From: Octopus vulgaris | Taxonomy: Eukaryota | Length of the DNA: 64,000 nt | Direction of reading: 5' to 3' | Assembly: GCA_951406725.2 (NCBI GenBank) | Contig: OX597814.1 | Span: 199,888,001 to 199,952,000 of the forward strand | Shown: in pieces, positions 53,466 to 64,000 of the stretch | Numbering within the stretch: the first letter of the stretch is position 1 | Layout of the letters: each line of letters opens with the position of its first letter | Notes under the pieces: model-generated | What the model was told of the DNA's origin: nothing | Seen by the model: only the letters and a program-made list of their open reading frames with translations | The model's database searches: none | Position numbers and translations under genes: made by a program

Positions 53466-54387
53466 CATATTTCCAAAACGCACCTATTCTGTCTTACTAT
53501 TTCCAAACTTCTGGCATTAGGAATATTTCGGTAAAGAAAATAGATCCTGCAATGCTTTTGCTGTCAACAAAGAAGTAGACAAGGTTTAAGGAAATTAGCC
53601 AAACGAAGCAGTACCAATGTTTCTATGTGACTTCACAAGGGTCCTCAGTGGTGGCTGGTAACAAAGACACATTTAGTGTCCCCTCCTTAGTCTATAGGCC
53701 TTATAAGCCAGGAGATATCTTGCTCCCTTTCACACATCTGTTTGGGATGACTCTCCTGGCTTCATACCTCTCATCTGATACTTTTACTTATTTTTGGACA
53801 TTTGAATGAATGTTACAATACACACACACACACAAACACATGCACATACACACACATGTGGGTATGTACATTACAATACACACACATACATGCACACATA
53901 CATACATACACATACACGTGTATGTATGTTACAATACACACACAAGCATGTATGTATATACATATATATGTACATTTATGTATGTGTACATACAAAAATA
54001 CATACATACATACAAAAATATCCCGTTGTTGATGTTGAAATTCCATTGAAGGAACCTTGGATCTAGTTTAGAAACCAGTTCTTTCTCTATTGGCAAGAAA
54101 CCTTGAAATAAAATTGAACAATGACACACATACATACATACATACATACATACAAAGAAATAGACAAAAAATAAACGAACAAACAATAAAACTTGCTCCC
54201 TTGATACTCAAACTTGCTGATTCCTTAGAAGAACTTAAATTTTTACATAAACACTACTTTCAATTCTGTTATGTCTGGATGAAATTCATAATATATACAA
54301 AGGAACGTCAACTTAAAACTTGTCCAGAGAGCCTATTGAAATTATGCGTTGTCAGTCATAAGACAGTGGTTGAACAAAACCAGGGAA

Positions 54388-54740
54388 TCATCATCATCAT
54401 CATCGCTTAACGTCTGTTTTCCATGCTAGCATGGGTTGGAAGGTTCAACTGGGGTCTGGGAAGCCAGAAGGCTGCGCCAGGCCCAGTCTGATCTGGCAGT
54501 GTTTCTACAGCTGGATGCCCTTCCTAACGCCAACCACTCCGAGAGTGTAGTGGGTGCTTTTTATGTGCCACCTGTACGGGTGCCAGACGAGGCTGGCAAA
54601 CAGTCACGATTGGATGGTGCTTTTTACGTGCCACCGGCACAGGAGCCAGACGAGGCTGGCAACGGCCACAATCAGATGGTGCTGTTTACGTGCCACCGGC
54701 ACGGAGGCCAGTCGGGGCGGAGCTGGCAACGGCCACGTTC
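54388..54740 (-). mobile_element. RTE 3' UTR (family D)
   Basis: (CAT)n tail and several gtgccaccggcac-type units. Confidence 0.85.
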
Positions 54741-56033
54741 GAAATATTATAAAATAAAAGAGAAGATTGTTATGGTTTGTACCAAAAGTTGCTCAAGGAA
54801 TTCTTTCTGCTGGAATGGTGAATTAATTTGAAAAATTGACATGTAAAATATTAGGATGTATGATATTTTATGAAACATAATATCTCTTTTGAACCACGAG
54901 TGCTTCATCACAGCATAGTTTGAAGTCTCGGTCTTTACTACTCACCAACAGGAGGACATAGATATAACATACCTTATAAATAAAGAATTAGTGCAGATTC
55001 TAAATGTCTAAGATGTGCTAGAAAATGTCAGCTGTACTAAGTTTGTGTAAAGTAATATAACTGATATAATCAGCCACTGCTTCTTCGAAATATTAATGTA
55101 TTACTTTCATATGAGATATGTTGTTAAAAAATCAATATACTCCACCATTCATATTAATGTCTACCCAGACGGATGTGTCCAATATAGCAATGTTGTGTAC
55201 AATGCAACCACACCTTTCTACCTAAAGGATATTCATGAAAGATAGATGTGTGTGTTGAAGGAAGGTGCAACAAAACTGACATTTACACTCAGAGATAAGA
55301 ATAAAACATGAAGAAAAAAAATCGAAAAAAAATCGCAAATTATCCTGATAAACAGAGGAAGATGACAAAGAAATACATGTATAGACACTTGATTCAGAAT
55401 CTGCAGTTGTTACAGCATCATTATTGATGAACTTATTAATACTCATGTGTTTGATGTTTAAATAATAAACTTGTAATATTGATGTTTCTATTGATGAAAA
55501 AGATAGGCATTCAATAGCATCCCGATAACTTAATCTACAAGGATAAAGAAAATTTTATTTAGAAGAATTTTTTAATTTTCACTATGTGATTGCTAAAAAC
55601 TTTGAACTTCAAAGAAAAAGTCTTGTTTCAAAGATATTTCACTCCTTTTATTTATTTTTCTAATGAAAAATGTATAATTAAAGATTATACACATGCACAT
55701 GTTATTTATGTCTAATTCATGGCCCTTTTTTTAGGTCTGGATGTAGTTATCATGATTCCATCTATAACAGAATTCTGTTGTAAGATTAAGTAATCGCTAC
55801 ACCAGATGTTGTTTTTATTTGACAGTGATTAGTATTTCCAGTGGTCTGCTTAAGACATAAACTACAAGCTTTTTTCCATCTTCAACAGGGGAAATATTAA
55901 AGTGAGGGGGAAATAATAAAATTAAGCTTGTAGAAGAATAAATAATAGTTTCAGACTATTATAACACCATATTTATGGCATGTGTTGTTGGGAAGGTTTC
56001 GTATAAGTCACCAAAGGGTAGCAGATAGATTGA

Positions 56034-56450
56034 AAGGTGGCGAGCTGGCAGAAACGTTAGCACACCGAGCAAAATGCTTAGCAGTATTTCGTCTGCCGCT
56101 ACATTCTGAGTTCAAATTCCGCCGAGGTCGACTTTGCCTTTCATCCTTTCGGGGTCGATTAAATAAGTACCAGTTACGCACTGAGGTCGATATAATCGAC
56201 TTAATCCGTTTGTCTGTCCTTGTTTGTCCCCTCTGTGTTTAGCCCCTTGTGGGTAGTAAAGAAATAAGTATTCCTTCTGCTTCTACCTTCTGAGTTCAAA
56301 TTCCACCGAGGTCGACTTTGTCTTTCATCCTTTCGGTGTCGATTAAATAAGTACCAGTTACGCACTGAGGTCGATATAATCGACTTAATCCATTTGTCTG
56401 TCCTTGTTTGTCCCCTCTATGTGTAGCCCTTTGCAGGCAGCAAAGAAATA
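56034..56450 (+). mobile_element. SINE family B dimer
   Basis: TSD agatagattga at 56023-56033 and 56451-56461. Confidence 0.9.
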
Positions 56451-57848
56451 AGATAGATTGATAGACAGGCCCAATTTATAGAAAAGCGTTGATCTTCCTT
56501 TCGTTTTGTAAATGATTTGTAGGTACTATAATACTATAATTTCTAAAGAATGTCTGTAGAGATAACCGTAACAAAATATTTGTTTATTATAAACAATTAG
56601 AGCACATTCAATAATGCAACATTAGTAACTGAATAATGGGGGCATAAAATATAACTTTTAACAGAATGACAGAAAACTATACTTGGTATGCACCATATGC
56701 ATCAACAAATGCAGGATTTAACTGCAGGAGCAACTTTGAAAGGAAAATCTTAGATTACTCAATTTGCTTTCCATTTTAGTTACAAGATAAGTCTTATAAA
56801 GTTCAAATTTTGAAGAACTTTGCATAGTTCTCTTCTATTCAGACAGCTTCCAAGAAGCGATAAATGTACTATAATTGGTAAAACAAGAAGGAAGGAATTA
56901 AAAGAATATTGTCTCTGTTAGAAATGTGGGGTTTCTTTACCACGAGTCAAGTTATTTTGTTCAAAGAATTATTGTCACTTTTTATATCATCAGAAAATTT
57001 CAGCCATAAATTCTTGCTTTAGGCATTCTTTGATTTCAGCTACATTGCCTTTTTTTTTGTCCTATCTTTTATTTTTTTCTTTCTGTTATAATTTTAGTTG
57101 TACCATTGATTTCATAAGGGACAGAGAGAGATCTCTTTTCTTATTTTCTATTTTTTTCCCTCTCTATGTTTGATTTTCCTGTTGTTTGCTTGGGGATTGA
57201 TATTCCTTTATGAGCAAGTCTGAAGGTGTACCCACTTTCATTTGTAGCTTATCATCATCATCATCATCAGTTAATTGCACGATATCACCATTATTTGCAT
57301 ACTGCTTTGTATTCAATACAGAACTTGTAAGTGTTCAATACAGAACTTGTAAGTAGTATTTATCTTCAGTGTGGACAATGCTTCAGTTTACCACCATGTG
57401 TGTCATCATTATGGCCTTTATATTTGAGATGTGCATATATTTATAAGCATTTATTAGCTTTCAAAAACATGCACATACATTGTATACATTTGTAAGCAGT
57501 GATTTAAACATAGACTTTGTTTGTCTGCATATAAATCTTTCTATTCATCCTCCTGGTACTTTAAGTCAAGAAGAATCTACAGCGCTTGTTTCATTAATTG
57601 TAGGAGTGTATCCGTACTATTACTGGTCAATTCTGATCCTCTCCTCTGATATGGATTGTTGCTTATTTTATAGATATTTGTTATGAACACATCACCGAAA
57701 TAATATCTGAAATAAATTTTCTCTAAAATACCTTTTAGTTATATCAACATCTGCAGATTAAGCTATTCTTTTTAGCTTCCATAACTTTTGATCATCCAGT
57801 TATTTTATCAGCCCTAGAGCAATGACATTTTATTAAACAATATAGGTT

Positions 57849-58077
57849 TTAACCCTTTGACATTTAAACTGACCACACCAGGCTCAAATATTCTGTCTGC
57901 TTTATGTTCAAACTAGTCAGATCCAGCCTCTCACACCTATCCTACATTGACATTCTGAGAATGAATAACCACATCATCGAAATCCCAAAGCTATGAGATG
58001 ATGCATGATTAATTGAAAACAATATGAATAAATAAGCATTACATTTCATTGAGTAATGTCAATGTTCAATGGCTAAA
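57849..58077. mobile_element. Older piggyBac-like MITE
   Basis: ttaaccctttgacatt start; degenerate aatgttcaatggctaa end. Confidence 0.45.
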
Positions 58078-58094
58078 TATGAAATGTAAATATA

Positions 58095-58579
58095 TTGGGT
58101 AGTCCAGAGAGTTCATGCCGATTTTTAAAGGAAAGAAAAAGGTCAATAAATACTTGCCATTACATTTTCAACCAACCAAATGGCAAAGAATTCATCAAGG
58201 TATCTTTTTACGCCATCCAAGGAATTGAAATTTTTACCGTTAAGACTATTCTGCAGAGACCTGAATAAGTGGAAATCCGAAGGAGCAATATCTGGTGAAT
58301 ATGGAGGGTGGGGTAACACATCCTAGCTGAGTTGCAGCAATTTTAGTCTGGTTCCCAAAGCATCAAGTGCCGAAAATGAACTTTCTTATCTTCCATTTTA
58401 AAGGGTTACAGAATTAACACAGGTTTATAGGAACATAAACCTTCTTCCACGAAAAGATAGCTTAAACTGTGCTCTAAATGGAGGTGTAGTCAAATCCTAT
58501 TTTATGGACTCAACCATGTTCTAAAATGAGTCGAAATGTAAGCTACTATAAATCAGCACAAGCTTTCTGGACAACCCAA
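58095..58579 (-). mobile_element. Internally deleted mariner element
   Basis: TA-flanked ~30-bp TIRs ttgggtagtccagagagttcatgccgattt / aaatcagcacaagctttctggacaacccaa; minus strand encodes VLPHPPYSPDIAPSDFHLFRSLQNSL (mariner YSPDLAPxD motif). Confidence 0.9.
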
Positions 58580-58817
58580 TATTTCCAACTATATGAGTAT
58601 ATAACCTCAAAGCAAATATCATTTCTTGAAAAAGAGAAAACGAGATGAGGAAACAGCACTTCCTGACAAAAAAAAAACAAAAAAAAAACGAAAAATTACA
58701 AACAAAACCAATTAATTTAGTTGACTAAATCCTAAACCAAATTTAACAAATAAGAAGAAAATGTTTTTCTGTGATGATTACTATTCACAATATACATATT
58801 TAAACAATATACAACAT

Positions 58818-59333
58818 AGGCGCAGGAGTGGCTGTGTGGTAAGTAGCTTGCTAACCAACCACATGGTTCTGAGTTCAGTCCCACTGCGTGGCATCTTAGG
58901 CAAGTGTCTTCTGCTATAGCCCCGGGCCGACCAATGCCTTGTGAGTGTATTTGGTAGTCGGAAACTGAAAGAAGCCTGTCGTATGTATGTGTGTTTGTTT
59001 GTGTGTCTGTGTTTGTCCCCCTAGCATTGCTTGACAACCGATGCTGGTGTGTTTATGTCCCCGTTACTTAGCGGTTAGGCACAAGAGACCAATAGAATAA
59101 GTACTGAGCTTACAAAAAGAATAAGTCCCGGGGTCAAGTTGCTCGATTAAAGGCGGTGCTCCAGCATGGCAGCAGTCAAATGACTGAAACTTAGCGGTTA
59201 GGCACAAGAGATCAATAGAATAAGTACTGGGCTTACAAAAAGAATAAGTCCCGGGGTCAAGTTGCTCGATCAAAGGCGGTGCTCCAGCATAGCTGCAGTC
59301 AAATGACTGAAACAAGTAAAAGAGTAAAGAGTA
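58818..59333 (+). mobile_element. SINE family C with ~123-bp internal tandem duplication
   Basis: acttagcggttaggcac..gactgaaac occurs twice; flanked by a 70-bp direct repeat. Confidence 0.9.
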
Positions 59334-60194
59334 AAATAAGAAGAAAATGTTTTTCTGTGATGATTACTATTCGCAATATACATATTCAAACAATATACAA
59401 CATGTGTGAAAATAAGGAACATGGAAGCAACATGATGCAAACATGACAAAAACGAACAAACCTAAAATAATACAAACAATGTTTAGAAACCAATCAATTG
59501 TGTCCATTTATAAATTAGACAATGACAATATCACTGTCTGATGAGCGATGATGTAGGACGGGTTTTACCATCATCCTTCAAAACTAATGCAAAATATGCT
59601 TCTTAAGTGGTCTCTCACTGAAGATTAATTCCCAATAAAAATGACATGTAACAGAATTGTAAGGAAGCATTAGACGACATTGAAATGTTGTACTCCTATT
59701 AAAACGTCCACTGTATCTCCATCACTTAGTCATTCACTCTCTCACACATGTACACAATAAAATAGATGGGATTTATGGAGATGTAGAGTGATAAAAGATA
59801 CATTGTAACACACTAACTATTGTACAGTGGTTCATAATAATAAATAAGTTTTTTCCCAATTCACTCAACAAATACTCTACACATATTCTGTACAAGTCAG
59901 CACTGAGCATTATCACAAAACCTGCCTGTCACTCCCCACCACGCACAGCTCACATGCTGCATTTTCTATGCAACAAATAAGTGAAATAATAGGCATGGCT
60001 GTATGGCAAGAAGTTTCCTTCCCAAGTTGGATGGGGGTCACTCGGCTCATCTGTCAATGAAGAGTGCAGCTGTCCAAGTGAACTGATGTAAATTGCAGGA
60101 CTCAGTAAACATCAACACCTCAAATGCACAATGTGGCCCCAGGATCTCATTGTTCCAGGGCTCCATCCAGTCGAAAGATTTACTTTAAGGCAGC

Positions 60195-60472
60195 GACATA
60201 GCCATGTGTTGAAAGGAATTCTTTGGGGTTTGTATAATTCACCTTTGGAAAACGTGGCTGTTTCATTCAACATCCTCAAACAAACCTTATTCAGGGACCT
60301 TTTGAGTGGGATGGGCTACTCAACCAGAAGAAAATTCTAACTGGGCCCCACCTGCAAGGTCATGCACTGTTTATCTTGTTATGAGATCACCATGTCATGC
60401 ACATATAATTGTAAAGCATGTGCTTGGTGTACCCTAATCAGATGGCTAGTCATGATGGGTATACTGGGCTTC

Positions 60473-60475
<3 letters not shown>
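60195..60475. mobile_element. Repeat family E, copy 3 (inverted)
   Basis: Revcomp homology to 39603 and 48500. Confidence 0.7.
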
Positions 60476-60518
<43 letters not shown>

Positions 60519-60709
60519 GAGTGTATTTTTACCTTGTTAACAACTAACACGGAAAAAAAAAATAAATAGTTACCAGGGCAGCAAAAATCTCACAAGTAAA
60601 GGTGTTGTAACTCTTTGTTTATAAAGGTAGAAACTTCATGTTTACGTTGAATATTTTGAATAATATGAATAAAAAAATGGAGTTAACACAGGTGTAATCA
60701 AATATTTTT

Positions 60710-60795
60710 ACTTTCGACACATGTTTCGAAAATTCCACTGATACTATTCAAAAGAATAAATGGTATAAACAATGCAATCTTCTCCTCAGGAAAGT
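60710..60795 (-). ncRNA. Type I hammerhead ribozyme candidate with extended stem II (Penelope-like pLTR)
   Basis: actttc-CTGAGGA-gaagattgcattg...cagtggaattttc-GAAAC-ATGT-GTC-gaaagt; perfect 6-bp stem I; inverted truncated copy at ~61018-61068. Confidence 0.7.
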
Positions 60796-61795
60796 GAAAA
60801 AAACGAAACTCGTCAATAAAACATTTTAGCAAATAAGTAGTCTCTATCATTATATATATTTTAAACTTTAATTTCCTTTATATTTAACATTCACTATTAA
60901 TATCCCTACTCTTTCTGTTAGCTACTTATGACGTTATATCATATAACGTTTTTTTAAACAATATTAACAGCGTTCTGTCTATCGCTATACAAATCCATCA
61001 TTTTTTGCTAAAATGTCTTATTGACGAGTTTCGTTTTTTTCACTTTCCTGAGGAGAAGATTGCATTGTATGTATGCGTGTGTGTGTACCTTTGTGTATGA
61101 GTTTGGCCTGCATCACAGTTTGACAATGGTGTTAGTATGTTTACATCCTTGTAACTTCGTGTTTTGGCAAAAGAGACTGATAGAGTAAATACCAGGCTAA
61201 AAAGAAAACTTAGTATGGACTGATTCATTCGACTAAAAATTCCTCAATCCTGTGCCCCAGCATGGCCATAGTCTAGTTTACATGTATTTATGTAGGAGCA
61301 GTTATGCTTGGGCCGACACAGAGTTCGATCTCACTCTGGTGCACCTTGCGCAAGACCATCTCACTACCACCACTGCCATTACTGTCTGAGTTTATTTGTA
61401 TATTGTAACCATAGCAACAACAAAGGTGTCTGTCTTTTCTTTCTTTCTTTCTTTTTTTTTTTTTTTTTTGCTTTTCTTCATTTCATTTGTATGAAGCAAT
61501 TATCTTTTTTTTTCTTTTCGAAATATTATTTTCCAATCCTTCTACAGAAGAAATATCACATCAAAAAAAAACAAAACAAAAGCATCAGATAAATTAGAAA
61601 TGTCTTGTCTCCCAATTCTCTTTTGTTTTTCTTCTGTTCTTCAACCATTCTACATCACAAACATCCCCCCCCACACACACACACACCCACACCCACACCA
61701 ACACACATGTACCAGCTTCATCAGTATCTGGGACCATAGAATCAGTATTCTCAATTGTTAAATGAAATCCACTTTACTTCTTTCTGTTACTGCGT

Positions 61796-62310
61796 ACACA
61801 CATGCTGACACACACACACACACACATGCTGACACACACACACACACATGCTGACACACACACACACACACATGCTGACACACACACACACACATGCTGA
61901 CACACACACACACACACATGCTGACACACACACACACACACATGCTGACACACACACACACACATGCTGACACACACACACACACACATGCTGACACACA
62001 CACACACACATGCTGACACACACACACACATGCTGACACACACACACACACATGCTGACACACACACACACACACATGCTGACACACACATGCTGACACA
62101 CACACACACACATGCTGACACACACACACACACATGCTGACACACACACACACACATGCTGACACACACACACATGCTGACACACACACACACACATGCT
62201 GACACACACACACACACATGCTGACACACACACACACACATGCTGACACACACACACACACATGCTGACACACACACACACACATGCTGACACACACACA
62301 CACACATGCT

Positions 62311-62353
<43 letters not shown>

Positions 62354-62455
62354 GCTGACACACACACACACACATGCTGACACACACACACACACATGCT
62401 GACACACACACACACACATGCTGACACACACACACACACACATGCTGACACACAC
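61796..62455. repeat. Minisatellite of catgctga(ca)n units (~16-24 bp)
   Basis: About 30 tgctga spacers interrupting (CA)n. Confidence 0.95.
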
Positions 62456-62795
62456 CTGACATTTTTAAGTTTAAAAATAAAATCACTGAATAATGGAGAT
62501 AAACACCTCATACATCTCGAATTTTGTGGCTTTGTTTAATTTCTCCGAGCTTGAATCTTAACCATTTGTGTTTTGTTAAATCTTGGTTATATTTAGTTTT
62601 GTGTGTCTACGAGTGGTGTGTGTGTCTGTGTGTTTGTGTGAAATAATTGTTTGAAAGATACTGAAAGGTAACTGGCCAGAGATAAACAAAGTAGAAGGAA
62701 TTGGATGAATCTTGATTCTTACCGAATCTTTGGATGTCTTTGGCAATCCAGTACAGTTTCACTTACCATTGAAGACAATTGTTAATATCGTTATG

Positions 62796-63620
62796 AAGGC
62801 AGCGAGCTGGCAGAATTGTTAGCATGCTGGGTGAAATACTTAGCTGTATTTCATCTGTCTTTACGTTCTGAGTTCACATTCTGCCGAGGTTGGCTTTGCC
62901 TTTCATCCTTTCGGGGGTCGATAAATTAAGTACCAGTTAAGCACTGGGATTGATCTAATTGACTAACCCCCTCCGCCCACCCCAAAATTTCAAGCCTTGT
63001 ACCTAGAGTAGAAAAGAATATTATTATGAAAGTAGTGATATGCCAGGCGAAATGCTTAGCAGTATTTTGTCTGATTAACATTCTGAGTTTAAATTCTGCC
63101 GAGGTTGACATTGCTTTTTAAATTAAGTACCAGCTGTGTACTGAGGTCAATCTAAAAATTTCAGGTCTTGTACTTAGAGAAGAAAAAATATCATTATGGA
63201 AGTGGCAAGCTGGCAGAATTGTTAGCATGCCAAGTGAAATGCTTAGTGGTGTTTCATCTGATTTACTTTCTGAGTTCAAATTCTACTGAGGGCGACTTTG
63301 CTTTTTATCCTTTCAGGGTCAATAAATTAAGTACCAGCTGCGTACTGAGATCGATCTAATTGACTGACCCCCTCCCACCAAATTTCAGGCCTTGTGCCTA
63401 GAGTAAAAAAGAATATCATTATGAAAGTGGTGAGATGCCAGATGAAATGCTTTGCAGTATTTTGTCTGATTTACATTCTAAGTTCAAATTCTGCCGAGGT
63501 CAACTTTGCTTTTTATCTTTTCAGGGCCGATAAATTAAGTACCAATTGCCTACCGAGGTTGATCAAATTGACTGACACCCTCCCTCAAAATTTCAGGCCT
63601 TGTGCCTAGAGTAGAAAGGA
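62796..63620 (+). mobile_element. Tandem array of four SINE B units
   Basis: Units start at ~62796, ~63026, ~63196 and ~63421, each with gagtt..aattct and aagtacca. Confidence 0.8.
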
Positions 63621-63850
63621 TTATTTTACTGCGTGTCTATCATATGATTTTCCTTGAGTCAGTTAGAAATGATAATGTAGAAACAGTCTTATAGTATGAA
63701 GCTCATGTGATATATCTACATTTTTTTATAAGTTGCTTCAGGGGATTGTATAAGCTGGAGTCAGCAGCAACCTTTGTATTTTTGTAGGTCTTTTAGTTTT
63801 AATATTCTTTTGTGTTGGTAGAAGAAAATGTATAATATATTCATAGATAT

Positions 63851-64000
63851 AGGTGCTGATGTGGCTGTGTAGTTAAGAAGCTTGCTTCTCAACCAATTAG
63901 TTTTGAGTTCAGTCTCACTGCATGGCACCATGGGCAAGTGCCTTCTACTATAGCCCCAGGCTGCCTAAAGCCTTGTGATTGGATTTGGTAGATGGAAACT
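63851..64000 (+). mobile_element. SINE family C 5' part (runs off the window)
   Basis: gtggctgtgtagttaag head, tgggcaagtgccttctactatagcc core. Confidence 0.8.

Overview
AT-rich eukaryotic non-coding DNA (intronic or intergenic). The SINE/LINE families and dense (TA)n/(CA)n/(CAT)n microsatellites point to an octopus-type (coleoid cephalopod) genome; this is pattern recognition, not a database result. No complete gene, rRNA, bona fide tRNA or CRISPR array is supported, and nearly all supplied ORFs are microsatellite or repeat translations. Contents: three tRNA-derived SINE families; relics of RTE, CR1 and R4/Dong-type (RLE) LINEs; DD37D (maT) and mariner transposon relics; piggyBac-, hAT- and pogo-like MITEs; a non-autonomous Helitron; and a few weak exon candidates. 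The most notable signal is a set of unrelated short repeats, mostly beside (TA)n tracts and often with partial inverted copies. They carry minimal hammerhead-ribozyme cores (CUGANGA-stem II-GAAA-palindromic stem III-NUH) of the Penelope-like pLTR/retrozyme type. Some have greatly extended stem II, and one is fused behind a tRNA-derived Pol III head. Repeat boundaries were read by eye and are approximate.
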